Assembly (NCBI GenBank): GCA_038881595.1
Contig: JAVZPM010000001.1
Location: forward strand, 96,001-160,000
Direction of reading: 5' to 3'
Source: Candidatus Micrarchaeia archaeon
GTDB taxonomy: Archaea > Micrarchaeota > Micrarchaeia > CABMEP01
DNA length: 64,000 nucleotides
Position 1 is the stretch's first letter. Each line of letters starts with the position of its first letter. The notes under the pieces are model-generated. The model was given only the letters and a program-made list of their open reading frames with translations. It made no database searches and was not told where the DNA came from. Below, piece by piece: positions 1 to 9,936 of this stretch. A program made the position numbers and the translations under genes.

Positions 1-1
1 C

Positions 2-394
2 ATGATAATAGCTTTAGAACCGCTTGAGATACAATCACTAATAAAATATTGCAATAAAGAAAAAACGATTGTATATTCAGACTCTATTCAAATAAAACCA
101 ACTAAGATGGATATAGAAAATATAAGCTATCCATCTTTAGATGAAATAAAAACAAGGATCAAACCACATGTTAAAGAGATTTTTGTATATCCTGCATCTG
201 AAATTGCAAAGCAAATTGCAGGCAGTAATATGTATTCAAATATTTATCTATTAGGAAAGATTATCAAAAATAAACATTTGAAAATAAAACAAAAAACAAT
301 TACAGACATACTTGAAGAATCATTCGGAAAGAACAATGAAAACATTAAGGTTTTAAAGGAAGCTGTTAAAAATAATGATAAAAGTTTAATTTAA
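2..394 (+). CDS. 2-oxoacid:ferredoxin oxidoreductase gamma/IorB-like subunit, C-terminal part (5' end outside window)
   Basis: IIALEPLE, A-x2-IA-x3-G and NIYLLG...N motifs are typical of IorB/POR-gamma; a ferredoxin gene follows. Confidence 0.7.
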   Translation: MIIALEPLEIQSLIKYCNKEKTIVYSDSIQIKPTKMDIENISYPSLDEIKTRIKPHVKEIFVYPASEIAKQIAGSNMYSNIYLLGKIIKNKHLKIKQKTITDILEESFGKNNENIKVLKEAVKNNDKSLI

Positions 395-419
395 TCTTTG
401 AATTGATAGAGGTGCTAGA

Positions 420-653
420 ATGGCAAAAATAATACATGATAGAGATGCATGCATTGGATGCGGAACATGCGCAGCAGTATGTTCAAAATACTGGAAGATG
501 GCGAGCGACGGCAAATCAGAATTGATCGGCGCTAAGAAGAATGGAAAGGTATTCGAATTAGAAGTTAAGGATATAGCATGCAATCAGGATGCTGCAGAGG
601 CATGCCCTGTGAACTGCATACATATCGAAGACAAAGGAAAAAGAAAGATATAA
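420..653 (+). CDS. Ferredoxin (single 4Fe-4S/3Fe-4S cluster type)
   Basis: CIGCGTC...CP motifs, 77 aa, GAGGTG RBS. Confidence 0.93.
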   Translation: MAKIIHDRDACIGCGTCAAVCSKYWKMASDGKSELIGAKKNGKVFELEVKDIACNQDAAEACPVNCIHIEDKGKRKI

Positions 654-753
654 CGAATAACTTTGTTTTCGATTCTATTTAAAATTTGTTTTAAATTTGT
701 TTAAATTTCATTTGTTTTTCATATTTTATTTATTTTTTGTTTAAAGTGAAATA

Positions 754-1155
754 ATGAATAAGCACATAAAGATCTATTGTTTTGGAAATCCACTGATAAA
801 AAATGATAGAATGCCTCTTGAAATAATCCCAGATTTAGAGAAAAAATTCCCAATGATTGAATTTATTCCAGCAGAATCCCCAGATGAAATAGAAGATGAA
901 AATGAAATTAACATAATCGATATTGTAGATGGAGTAGAAAATGTAAGATTGATAACTGATATAGATGAAATATGCGAGAATAGAAGATGTTCGATGCATG
1001 ATTTTGATCTTGGAATGACATTAAAAATAATGAAAAAGATTGGGAAAATAAAGAAAATAAATATATTTGCAATTCCAATGAAATGTAAAAAAAGAAAGGC
1101 GATTAAAGAAATAGAAAAATTATTGAATGAAACTTTAACTCCATTTAACCCTTAA
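754..1155 (+). CDS. Hydrogenase maturation protease (HycI/HybD family), short
   Basis: CFGNPLIKND, IIDIV and SMHDFDL motifs; convergent with the hydrogenase large subunit gene. Confidence 0.8.
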   Translation: MNKHIKIYCFGNPLIKNDRMPLEIIPDLEKKFPMIEFIPAESPDEIEDENEINIIDIVDGVENVRLITDIDEICENRRCSMHDFDLGMTLKIMKKIGKIKKINIFAIPMKCKKRKAIKEIEKLLNETLTPFNP

Positions 1156-2424
1156 GAAGTGACTTGCGCAAGACATACATGGGTCATATGCTCTTATTAG
1201 TTTCTCTATGTTGTGCTCAATAGTATGCTTATCTATTCCTTCATCTAGGTTTTGCTGCACTAACTCTTTGATGTCTCTTTCCATGTTAACCTGATTCTGA
1301 GCAGTTGGGATAACAAGCAATCCATCTTTTACAATTCCTTTATCTATATTCAATTCATAATACAGAGTGCCTCTTGGTGCTTCTACCACACCTATACCTT
1401 TCCCCTTCTTTTGTTTGTATTTAGTTAGATCTGGTAACTTTTCTTCCTTAAAGCTGCTGCTTTCTAGTATCTCTATTGAAGCATCTATGCAATGCAACAT
1501 TTCTATAGCCTGTGCAAGATTGTTATGGAATATATTTTTTGAAGGAAATACACTTGTAAACTCAGATAAATCCCTTAATGTATCAGTATGCATGTTATGA
1601 AGATTAAGGTTTAATCTTGACAATGAACCAACAATATATTCCTCACCTTTGAACTTAAAGCCTGTTGCTTGTGAGTAAGGGATGACAACTCTATGTAGAT
1701 GCTTTGGAAAATCATTTTCATCTACAATCAATCCAGTTGAATCCTGTATCCTACCTTCGACAAAGTTAAATTTTTTATCTACTAATGCAATGTTTCTTGC
1801 GCTACAGAAAAATTCAAATTGGGAGTCAAAAAATATTTCTACAAGATCAATTACATGTTCTCTTACAGAAGCAAGCTCTGAAATTAAATTCTTAATTGAA
1901 TCCTTGGTTGGTATAGATGAAAAACCTCCAATCCTAGGATAAAGCGCATGCACTGCTCTTCCTGCAACAATGGTTGCAAGATTATTTGCTGCTTTTTTTA
2001 CCTTAAGGCCATTTTCAACTATTTTCATTTGTTTCTTGTCAAAATCCAATACAGAATCTTTATCGAATATATCTGGAAGACAAAACAGGTATAAATGCAT
2101 TGCATGATCTCTGAGAATTGTACCAAACATTGAAAGATGTCTTAATTTCATTGTTTGTTCTGATGGCTCAATTCCTAATGAATTTTCAATCGCTTCTATG
2201 CAGCAGGTCATATGAGAAAGGCTACATGTACCACATATTCTTGAAACTATAGAATATACATTATCAATACTCATTCCTCTTACTGCCTGAGTATAAAATC
2301 GTTTATTTTCCACTATCTTCAATTTAGCACTTTCCACTTTTCCATTTTTTACTTTTATTTCTACACTTCCATGTCCTTCAATCTTGCTCAAATCTTTTAT
2401 GGATATATCTGAAATATTATGCAT
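1135..2424 (-). CDS. NiFe-hydrogenase large subunit (group 3b-like)
   Basis: KIEGH, L1 RICGTC, EAPRG and L2 DPCMSCASH followed by a cleavable tail (FLRVKWS). Confidence 0.95.
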   Translation of the reverse strand: MHNISDISIKDLSKIEGHGSVEIKVKNGKVESAKLKIVENKRFYTQAVRGMSIDNVYSIVSRICGTCSLSHMTCCIEAIENSLGIEPSEQTMKLRHLSMFGTILRDHAMHLYLFCLPDIFDKDSVLDFDKKQMKIVENGLKVKKAANNLATIVAGRAVHALYPRIGGFSSIPTKDSIKNLISELASVREHVIDLVEIFFDSQFEFFCSARNIALVDKKFNFVEGRIQDSTGLIVDENDFPKHLHRVVIPYSQATGFKFKGEEYIVGSLSRLNLNLHNMHTDTLRDLSEFTSVFPSKNIFHNNLAQAIEMLHCIDASIEILESSSFKEEKLPDLTKYKQKKGKGIGVVEAPRGTLYYELNIDKGIVKDGLLVIPTAQNQVNMERDIKELVQQNLDEGIDKHTIEHNIEKLIRAYDPCMSCASHFLRVKWS

Positions 2425-2437
2425 ATAACCACCTTAA

Positions 2438-2944
2438 TTATTTGAAATCATATGAATGTTGCTCAATGAAAGAAGAAAACTCTTTTACGAATTGATCTCC
2501 ATCCATTGGACATCCGGGAACCCTGAAATCAACTCTGATAAATTTGGAAACAGGCTCAACTGATTCTAAGTAATCAAACTTTTTCAATATTTTTTCTATT
2601 TCTTTCTTTTTTTCGTTGTCGAAATTGTTTCTTAGTCCTGCTGGCATTCCTGTAAGAGCGCAAGAGCCTACAGCCATGACAAATTTTGATTTGTCTCTTA
2701 TTTCTTTCAAAAGATTAACCTCATCTTTTGTTGAGACTGCGCCTTCCACGATCGCAAGATCAAGCTCATCCAAATTATTCTTGGATTTAAGGATTTTAAA
2801 ATGTCTGAATTCGATCTTTTCAGACCATTCCTTAAATTTGTCATTCAAAAGCTCTATGAATATTATCGCACAACCTTCGCAGCAGGTAAATGTGAACCAG
2901 CCTACCTTTATTTTTTTACTTTTTCTTGAAATACTTTCCTTCAT
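2438..2944 (-). CDS. NiFe-hydrogenase small subunit, proximal-cluster domain only
   Basis: TCCEGC, VEGAV, GSCA and PGCP motifs; the protein ends ~20 aa after PGCP. Start moved to the ATG at 2944. Confidence 0.9.
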   Translation of the reverse strand: MKESISRKSKKIKVGWFTFTCCEGCAIIFIELLNDKFKEWSEKIEFRHFKILKSKNNLDELDLAIVEGAVSTKDEVNLLKEIRDKSKFVMAVGSCALTGMPAGLRNNFDNEKKKEIEKILKKFDYLESVEPVSKFIRVDFRVPGCPMDGDQFVKEFSSFIEQHSYDFK

Positions 2945-2966
2945 CTTAACCACTCTAAGAAGATAT

Positions 2967-3809
2967 TCAATCATAAATCTTTAATGACTTCCTTATCTGT
3001 GCTGATATTGAAGTCCATAATTTCTCAAGTAATTTAATCATTAGTACAAATATTAAATTAAATAAAATACCAAACAATATGAATGAAAAGACGATTGAAA
3101 GAATTGTTAAAATGAAAAGAAGAAGATTGAAATTGAACTGAATTGATACAAAGTTCAAAAGTATAAAGACTATAAGCAAGGGAATCACTGGAAATGAAAA
3201 GAGAACAGAATAAGTTGCCTTCCAATCATCTTCACTGGGAGCAGAAGTAATAGAAGATACTATAATAAAGTATATGAAAATAACTGACAATAATGAAGGT
3301 GATATTATTAATGATAATAACAGATTAACTAATGGAATCACTATGGATGAGAGAATAGAGATATAGGATTCTAGACTTATGTTTGGCTTAGCTTCTAATA
3401 CTTTATACATTGGTATATTTACTTGAAATAAAATTATACTTAAGATAAAAAGAACCAATGATGGGATAAAGGCTGGCGCAAATGCAGCTATTATTATAGA
3501 TATCCAACCACCTATAGATTGAGAGGATCTTGTTGCTATTCTTCCTCCTTTTGAAGTTACAAACGATTCTTTTAGGTTTATCTCAGAACCAGTAAAAAGT
3601 GCTGCAAATAAATGAGATAATTCATGTATTGCAATTGCAAATTCAATAATAAACCACTCTGTTAGTCTATATTTATAAAGTGATGGAAATATGAATCTCC
3701 TTGCTATAAAAAGTAGGACGACTGACTGAATAAACCAAAAAAGAAGTATACCTATAAAAACTAGAATTGGTGTTAATATATATGTAATAAGTTCTGAATC
3801 TAATGACAT
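2967..3809 (-). CDS. Membrane metalloprotease-like protein (M50-like)
   Basis: Multiple TM helices, HELSH (HExxH) and a downstream APSEDD motif. Confidence 0.65.
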   Translation of the reverse strand: MSLDSELITYILTPILVFIGILLFWFIQSVVLLFIARRFIFPSLYKYRLTEWFIIEFAIAIHELSHLFAALFTGSEINLKESFVTSKGGRIATRSSQSIGGWISIIIAAFAPAFIPSLVLFILSIILFQVNIPMYKVLEAKPNISLESYISILSSIVIPLVNLLLSLIISPSLLSVIFIYFIIVSSITSAPSEDDWKATYSVLFSFPVIPLLIVFILLNFVSIQFNFNLLLFILTILSIVFSFILFGILFNLIFVLMIKLLEKLWTSISAQIRKSLKIYD

Positions 3810-3879
3810 TTGCTCACTGAAAAGATATTAGTGTGTAAGTTTTAAAACTTGTTTAGTTGATATCTATAACTAGATAGAC

Positions 3880-4221
3880 ATGGTAAATAAGAAAAATAAA
3901 GATAAAGAAAATAAAAATGATGATGGAATTAACTTTAAAGAAAGAGTTTATTCAATCCTTAGAAAGATACCAAAAGGTAAAGTAATAACCTATAAAAGAC
4001 TTGCTCAACTTGCTGGAAACAATAAAGCAGCACGTGTTATTGGAAATCTAATGAGAATAAATAAGAATCCTGAAAAAATTCCTTGCTACAAAGTTGTTAA
4101 AAGTAATGGCGCGATTGGAGGATATTCTGCGAAAGGCGGTATTAAGAAAAAGATCCAACTCCTTAAGAAAGATGGAATACAAATAAAAAATGGAAAAATA
4201 GAAAAGAAATTTATGTATTAA
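3880..4221 (+). CDS. ogt: Methylated-DNA-protein-cysteine methyltransferase (MGMT/Ogt C-terminal domain)
   Basis: IPKGKVITY, AARVIG and active-site IPCYKVV...GGY motifs. Confidence 0.85.
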   Translation: MVNKKNKDKENKNDDGINFKERVYSILRKIPKGKVITYKRLAQLAGNNKAARVIGNLMRINKNPEKIPCYKVVKSNGAIGGYSAKGGIKKKIQLLKKDGIQIKNGKIEKKFMY

Positions 4222-4303
4222 CGGATCTAACAATTTAAATTCTAAATTCGATTTAAATAATTTTGTATGTTTAATTGTTTATTTTTAGTTGTTGTTTGAT
4301 TAA

Positions 4304-4600
4304 TCATTTCTTCTTTGATTCTTGAAATTGCTTCTTTATCCTTTCTTCTTGTTTCTCTAATATCTGTATTCTTGCTTCCAAAGTTGCCTTCTTATCATTA
4401 AGATCTTTAACTACTTCTTCTTTTGTTGACTTAAGGAGAACTGGACCTACTAATCTATATATATCTCCTTTTGCAGATTCTATCTCTTTTAGAGCATGGT
4501 CTATCTCATCAGACTGTATTTTCATTTGCTGTTTCTGAAGAGAGATTATCTGAAGCTGCTGTTGCAATGACTGCAATTCCAATTGTCTATCTTCCTCCAT
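4304..4600 (-). CDS. pfdB: Prefoldin beta subunit
   Basis: Coiled coils flanking IYRLVGPVL; position in the superoperon; GAGGTG RBS before the ATG at 4600. Confidence 0.92.
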   Translation of the reverse strand: MEEDRQLELQSLQQQLQIISLQKQQMKIQSDEIDHALKEIESAKGDIYRLVGPVLLKSTKEEVVKDLNDKKATLEARIQILEKQEERIKKQFQESKKK

Positions 4601-4708
4601 AAAAAACACCTCGTGAATAGAATTTTTACAAGCATCCCAATTACTATATATTATGAAAATTAATAATTCTTTACCTAACCATCTAATCATACATTCCTTT
4701 CTTTTTAT

Positions 4709-4951
4709 TTACTCTTCTGCAAAGTTCTGAACTCCTTTGATAACCTTTAAAGCCCTAAGCTGAGATCCAACTGCTGCATGAAGAGAAGCGAGATCATCAG
4801 CAGTTATTAATATTATTAAAGTTTTATCTGATTTTGAAAGATTTATCTTTGCTCTTCCTTTGAATTCAAGTTCTGGTTGCAAAGCTTTATATGCGTCATC
4901 TAATTCTTTCTTGGTACTAAAAGGCATTTCTATCGTTAACTTTATTTCCAT
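4709..4951 (-). CDS. pcc1: KEOPS complex subunit Pcc1
   Basis: ALQPE...R and I-x-A-D-D-x-ASL-x-A motifs; conserved gene position. Confidence 0.85.
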   Translation of the reverse strand: MEIKLTIEMPFSTKKELDDAYKALQPELEFKGRAKINLSKSDKTLIILITADDLASLHAAVGSQLRALKVIKGVQNFAEE

Positions 4952-4988
4952 AAAGACACCTTAAAATACTGTCATATCAATCAGAAAA

Positions 4989-5483
4989 TCATTCTTCCAC
5001 TTTTCTTGACTCCAAAAGTTCTTTTATCTTTAATTGCATTCGTTTATCTTTATACTTGAATAGTAATGAATTGTCTGAAATTATAAACTTTGTTGTATCA
5101 TCAGTTGTTGGTTCTGGAATAACAAACAAATCCGCTATTCTTTTAGCCTTTTCTGACTTACTGCTATTTTTTATTATCATTTCAACTTCCTTATTTATTC
5201 TACCTATCTTCTTATGTACAAACTTAGTATCAACTGAAAATATTATAAACGGAAAAACCCATTTCCATTCATCACTAATGTCTATAAAAGAAAGTTTATT
5301 TGGATTGCCTTTTGTCTCGCTTACAATAATTATCCTTGAATATCCTAGCTCGTCTGCTCTACTTATAACATCTTCGATTGATTTTTTTCCTCTCGGCTCA
5401 TACTTTGAATTTAGAAATGTTGCAAGATTTGATGCTAGAATTTTAGTAGAAAGAGATGGTTTTCTACTTGTAGTGACATACAT
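4989..5483 (-). CDS. Brix/Imp4-domain ribosome biogenesis protein
   Basis: VTTSRKPS, RGKKS and E-x-KGNP motifs. Confidence 0.88.
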   Translation of the reverse strand: MYVTTSRKPSLSTKILASNLATFLNSKYEPRGKKSIEDVISRADELGYSRIIIVSETKGNPNKLSFIDISDEWKWVFPFIIFSVDTKFVHKKIGRINKEVEMIIKNSSKSEKAKRIADLFVIPEPTTDDTTKFIISDNSLLFKYKDKRMQLKIKELLESRKVEE

Positions 5484-5527
5484 CAAATCACTAGCTATTA
5501 TTGAAAAATTAAAAAGATCAAAAAAAA

Positions 5528-5656
5528 TTAATCAGTTTTTACAACTCTTGCTACTGGAAGACGTGGCTTGTAAAGAATCCTCCAAGCACAGTAAGGACAT
5601 CTTACAAAGTTTGTTATTTCTTCTATTTCTTTTCCACAATTCCCGCAAATATACAA
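5528..5656 (-). CDS. rpoP: RNA polymerase subunit P (Rpo12), 42 aa, not in the ORF track
   Basis: Manual translation MYICGNCGKEIEEITNFVRCPYCAWRILYKPRLPVARVVKTD; TTG start after AGGTGA; lies between rpl37ae and brix. Confidence 0.93.
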   Translation of the reverse strand: MYICGNCGKEIEEITNFVRCPYCAWRILYKPRLPVARVVKTD

Positions 5657-5696
5657 AAAATCACCTTTTTAGAATATTAACTATCCTAATAGCACT

Positions 5697-5939
5697 TCAT
5701 TGTTTCTTATTGTAGTCAGATATTATACGTGCTACTGTTTCACCAAATTGTGTGGTAGGTGAATATGCTCCTCCTGCAAAGGTATATGAACAGGATTTGC
5801 ATTCCCAAACTCCACTCGAAATTCTTTTTACTTTTATCTTGCCACATGAAGGGCACTTATATTTCTGCTTCAATTGCTTTTTTACAGATTCGAGACGAAT
5901 CTTAATAGAACGTCCTCCTCTTATTGTGGGGGATACCAT
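5697..5939 (-). CDS. rpl37ae: 50S ribosomal protein L37Ae (eL43)
   Basis: CPSC...VKR...GVWECKSC...FAGGAY motifs. Confidence 0.95.
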   Translation of the reverse strand: MVSPTIRGGRSIKIRLESVKKQLKQKYKCPSCGKIKVKRISSGVWECKSCSYTFAGGAYSPTTQFGETVARIISDYNKKQ

Positions 5940-5988
5940 ACTAATCACTCCATTTAAACTATTATTAGTACATTAACTAACAGTGTAA

Positions 5989-6768
5989 TCATATTTTCTC
6001 CAAAAGACTTAATAAATATTTTCTTTGCTCAAAAGATTTATCAAGCAAGGATATTATCTCTTCCTTTGTAAAGGCACCTGGACCTGCTTTTTGAATTGCA
6101 TAAAGCATTCCATCTCCAACACAATATGTGATTCTTGCATCAGCTACCATCTCTTCAGCATATGTTGGATCTAATATTATATCTTTACCTATTTTTACAA
6201 ACGTACATTGTGTAGGTATTGTTAATAATTTCTTTGGTGTCATATTCTCTCTTATTATTTTTTCATTTTCATATCTTGGGATCTTCATACTATGAAGAGC
6301 TGCTGTAGCTGCCAATGCTGCTGCATCAAGAAGATTTCCGTCATGGTCTAAAGTGTATATATCAACAAATACACCCCATACTTTCCCTTCTTCTATAAAC
6401 AAAGATTTTAAATCCACTGCCTCTGCAGCTCTTATTCCTCTATCAACCACTCTTGCAAGCTCTATTGAATCATCGGATGGGGGTCCTTCTTCAAATGTTT
6501 CATGCGCAGTTGGAAGAAGGTCTGCATTTACAGTTAGCGTTCCTTCCATTGGTCTATCTGAAAATGGCTCTACAACTTCAAGTTTTACACCTGCCATTAC
6601 TCTAGATTTGCCTATAGTAACATCTGCGGAACCTTCTGCGGTAGAAATTACATTTGTTTTAATAGTTATCTCTCTATATTCATCAAAGGCTCTATCATCA
6701 ATTCTCTTTCCTAGCTTAAGCATATCTCTAATCGCTTCTTTTTTCAATTCATCGATCACCATAACCAT
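5989..6768 (-). CDS. rrp42: Exosome complex component Rrp42
   Basis: RIDDRAFDEYR, AEGSA, ELARVVDRGIR and DGNLLDA motifs. Confidence 0.95.
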   Translation of the reverse strand: MVMVIDELKKEAIRDMLKLGKRIDDRAFDEYREITIKTNVISTAEGSADVTIGKSRVMAGVKLEVVEPFSDRPMEGTLTVNADLLPTAHETFEEGPPSDDSIELARVVDRGIRAAEAVDLKSLFIEEGKVWGVFVDIYTLDHDGNLLDAAALAATAALHSMKIPRYENEKIIRENMTPKKLLTIPTQCTFVKIGKDIILDPTYAEEMVADARITYCVGDGMLYAIQKAGPGAFTKEEIISLLDKSFEQRKYLLSLLEKI

Positions 6769-6788
6769 ATAAATCACCTTTTTCTAAT

Positions 6789-7589
6789 CTATTCCTGCAC
6801 TTGTTGATCTACAGGTTCTTGAATCTGTTCTTCTTGGTCACCGTTTCCATTACTTTCCTCTATACTTGCAGATGATTTCTTGAAAAATTCTCTTAACGCC
6901 TCTATCTGCTTTTCTCTTATTTCAGGAACTTTTGCAAATGCAAGCTCTAACGCTTGAATAAATTCCTCCCTTGTCATCTTTCCATCCATCTGAAGAAGTA
7001 TTATTTCTCCTGTTGTTGGATTTATTGCTAATGGCATATCTGCCTGACCAAAATTATCCTCTTCTCTCATCATATCAACAGCTATCTTGTTGTCTATCTT
7101 TCCTACCGAAACACCTATAGGTATATCTCTCATTGGTATGCCTGCATTTGCAAGAGCAACTGCAGCTGCAGTAAGACCTGCAACTCTTGTAGAACCTTGG
7201 CCTTCAAGTATATCTACATATATATCTATTGCTGTTTTTGGATAAACCTCTTTTATTATAACATATTCAAATGCTTCCTTCATAACTTTTGAAATTTCTC
7301 TTGACCTTCTATTTGGACCTGCTCTTCCATGCTCCTCTGTAGAAAAAGGAGCCATCATGTATCTGCATCTAACTATTGAACCATAAAGATTGGTTTCATG
7401 CTTTGGAAAAACCTCTCTTGGCCCATATACTGCAGCAAGAACCTTGTTCTTTCCCCAGGTTAGGTAGGCACTTCCATTTGCCCTGTTGAGTACTCCTGCC
7501 TCTATTGTTATTGGCCTTAAATCTTCTAATCCTCGCCCATCTAATCTCTTACCGTTTACGATCAACGGCACTTCTGAATTTCCTCCCAT
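6789..7589 (-). CDS. rrp41: Exosome complex exonuclease Rrp41
   Basis: RLDGR...LRP, GSAY, YGPRE, RRSREIS and REED...ADMP motifs. Confidence 0.96.
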   Translation of the reverse strand: MGGNSEVPLIVNGKRLDGRGLEDLRPITIEAGVLNRANGSAYLTWGKNKVLAAVYGPREVFPKHETNLYGSIVRCRYMMAPFSTEEHGRAGPNRRSREISKVMKEAFEYVIIKEVYPKTAIDIYVDILEGQGSTRVAGLTAAAVALANAGIPMRDIPIGVSVGKIDNKIAVDMMREEDNFGQADMPLAINPTTGEIILLQMDGKMTREEFIQALELAFAKVPEIREKQIEALREFFKKSSASIEESNGNGDQEEQIQEPVDQQVQE

Positions 7590-7639
7590 TAAATTCACCT
7601 CTAATAATCATAATTCTATTGAATCCATATGTACTATAG

Positions 7640-8284
7640 TTAGAATCTGTATTGCTCTCTTGAAGTCTGGAACCTTTTAAGCATTTCCTGAGTAACCCCA
7701 AGATATTCCATTATCCTATCTGTAAGCCCGCTTGTATGTGCTTCCCTTGAGATCTTTTCTATTGCGTCTATTGCCTTTGCTGAATTCTGACCTTTTATCC
7801 AAATAAGACCGTTTTTTCCTACTATTATCTCACATCCAGTTCCTATCTTTAGTATATTGAGCATTGATGAATGTTTTCCTATTACTCTTGAAATTTTTGT
7901 TGGTGAAATATCTATTATTTCTCCACCAACTAACTTTACTGGTTTAGAAAGCCATATGTCTTTTACCTCACTTATTTCTGAAACTTCTGCCAAAATTATA
8001 TCACCTACATTAAATGTAGTTCTAAGCATCTTTGAAGAAAGAAGACCATGATAAGGAGAAAATAAATTTACTCCATATCCTATTACTTTCTCCTCTTCTA
8101 TTATTCCTATCACACTGTCTCTAAGTGATGGAAGATAAGATGCTTTTATTGGCATAAATTTATTTTGCTGATCATCAAACATACCAACTATAGCTGCGTA
8201 TGTTTTTCCTTCCTTTATATATGTATAAGGATTTCTTATTGGCTTGTCTAAAAGTAAATCGCCAGGTATTACTAGTCTTCCCAT
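7640..8284 (-). CDS. rrp4: Exosome RNA-binding protein Rrp4
   Basis: VIPGD; S1 and KH domains (RVIGK, VGKNGLIW); AHTSGLTDRI. Confidence 0.95.
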   Translation of the reverse strand: MGRLVIPGDLLLDKPIRNPYTYIKEGKTYAAIVGMFDDQQNKFMPIKASYLPSLRDSVIGIIEEEKVIGYGVNLFSPYHGLLSSKMLRTTFNVGDIILAEVSEISEVKDIWLSKPVKLVGGEIIDISPTKISRVIGKHSSMLNILKIGTGCEIIVGKNGLIWIKGQNSAKAIDAIEKISREAHTSGLTDRIMEYLGVTQEMLKRFQTSREQYRF

Positions 8285-8483
8285 TTAATTCACCTTTCTT
8301 TTTTTTTTAGTTTTTCAAAATTCATAATTCTAATTTATTAAGTGTATAAAATAGTCGAATGAAAAGATCCCTCTTAATCAACGCCTAAGCAATAGTAAAA
8401 GCATATAGCGTGAAAAGATGAGGAATATAAATATCTTATACACTTATCATATTTAAAACTTTCCTTTTTAGTTTGAAACGTAC

Positions 8484-9185
8484 TTACTTTTTATCTTTAG
8501 GCATATTCTTTACTTGTGCTCTACCTGCTGTAAGTTTATTTATTTTATCAAGGAATTCAGTTTGCATTCCTGCTGGTATCTCTATCAATGCAATTAATGA
8601 ACCATCAGACTGCCATTCCTCTTTCTGTACATTGTAAGATTTTATACTACCATATATTTTCTGTGCCAAATCAGCAGGTACTTTTATTGCGTATACTGCA
8701 GTTTCTATTTTCATAGGTAGAATAGTTCTTAATGCTGAAATTACGTCATTTATCTGGTTTTCTGCTGGTTTGAACGGATCGATGTTTATTTTTACCTCTT
8801 CCATTGCTTTTTCAATTCTTTGTGGTGGGTGGGGTGCATTTGTCCTTGGATCTATAGTTTCTCTTGCTAGTATAGAAATAATTTTCTTTCTTTTTTCCTC
8901 CACCATCTGTCTTCTCTGCTCTGTTGTGATTGGAACATCTCCATTAAGCACTATTCTTTTTCCTATCTCAAAAATATCTTCTGTTCCAAAGGCCTTCTTT
9001 ACTTTTTCACCAGAAGCCCTTTCACCCTTCTTAGCATCTTTGAAGACCTCTTCTACCACTAAAACATTGTTAAAATCTTTTTTCTTTCCAAGCTTAAAAT
9101 CAAGAGCAGCGTTAGGATCAACATATATTTCAAATGTCTCTCCGTTTATCTTAATCGAGGCAACAACTGCCTTCTCTAGTCCCAT
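8484..9185 (-). CDS. Ribosome maturation protein SBDS/Sdo1
   Basis: [15 protein letters not shown] and [14 protein letters not shown] motifs. Confidence 0.96.
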   Translation of the reverse strand: MGLEKAVVASIKINGETFEIYVDPNAALDFKLGKKKDFNNVLVVEEVFKDAKKGERASGEKVKKAFGTEDIFEIGKRIVLNGDVPITTEQRRQMVEEKRKKIISILARETIDPRTNAPHPPQRIEKAMEEVKINIDPFKPAENQINDVISALRTILPMKIETAVYAIKVPADLAQKIYGSIKSYNVQKEEWQSDGSLIALIEIPAGMQTEFLDKINKLTAGRAQVKNMPKDKK

Positions 9186-9222
9186 AAGATTACCTCTAGA
9201 CTTGTAAAATTAAATATTATAA

Positions 9223-9936
9223 TTAAACCTTAGAAACATAGCTTGAAACTTTCTCAGGAGAAAGAAATTCAAACTTCTTTGTAGATAATGGAACTATTCC
9301 TACATCAAATATCTCTGATTTTAGTTTCATATCTGGAATCTTTTTGAGGGCTTTGAATCCAAAAAGTATAAGCTCTTCTATATTCATTTTTTCATCATAT
9401 TCTTTTTCAAAGAATTCTGAAACTTCATTTCTTCCTGCTCCGATTACTGCTGCTTTCATACCAGTATATGAACCACTTGGTTCAGTTTCAAAAACCCTAG
9501 GTTCTGAATCTACACCTGCAAATATTAATGAAGCACCGAAAGGTCTTGCACCCCCATACTGAGTGTATGCTTGCATCATATCTGCTATTTCTCTTGTTAT
9601 ATATTCAACATCCGCAGGTTCGTTGTAAGTATATCTATATCTTTGTGCTTCTATTCTTGCTGTATCTATTAGTCTTCTTGCATCTGCTATCAATCCAGAT
9701 GCAACTATTGCCATGTGCTCATCTATGATGAATATCTTCTTCAATGATTCTGGAACAAATAATTTTGAAATCTTTGTCTTATGTGCTATGAACACTACTC
9801 CATCTTTTCCTGCCAATGCCATAGATGTTGCTCCTCTATTAACTGCTTCTTTTGCGTACTCTACTTGGAATAATCTTCCATCTGGAGAGAAAACTGTAAT
9901 TGCTCTATCATATGCAGAAGGTGATGTCGGATACAT
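9223..9936 (-). CDS. psmA: Proteasome alpha subunit
   Basis: YDRAITVFSPDGRLFQVEYA signature and RPFG motif. Confidence 0.97.
   Translation of the reverse strand: MYPTSPSAYDRAITVFSPDGRLFQVEYAKEAVNRGATSMALAGKDGVVFIAHKTKISKLFVPESLKKIFIIDEHMAIVASGLIADARRLIDTARIEAQRYRYTYNEPADVEYITREIADMMQAYTQYGGARPFGASLIFAGVDSEPRVFETEPSGSYTGMKAAVIGAGRNEVSEFFEKEYDEKMNIEELILFGFKALKKIPDMKLKSEIFDVGIVPLSTKKFEFLSPEKVSSYVSKV

Noticed and set aside
661..745. Repeated TTTAAATTTGT-like units as a possible CRISPR or iteron array
   Set aside because: Short, degenerate and without spacers; better explained as T-rich terminator or low-complexity DNA.
5056..5715. 219-aa plus-strand ORF and similar antisense ORFs (e.g. 16383..16862, 29806..30240, 35320..35784, 61151..61681)
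   Set aside because: Shadow frames of well-supported genes on the opposite strand, with F/S/L/I-rich composition.
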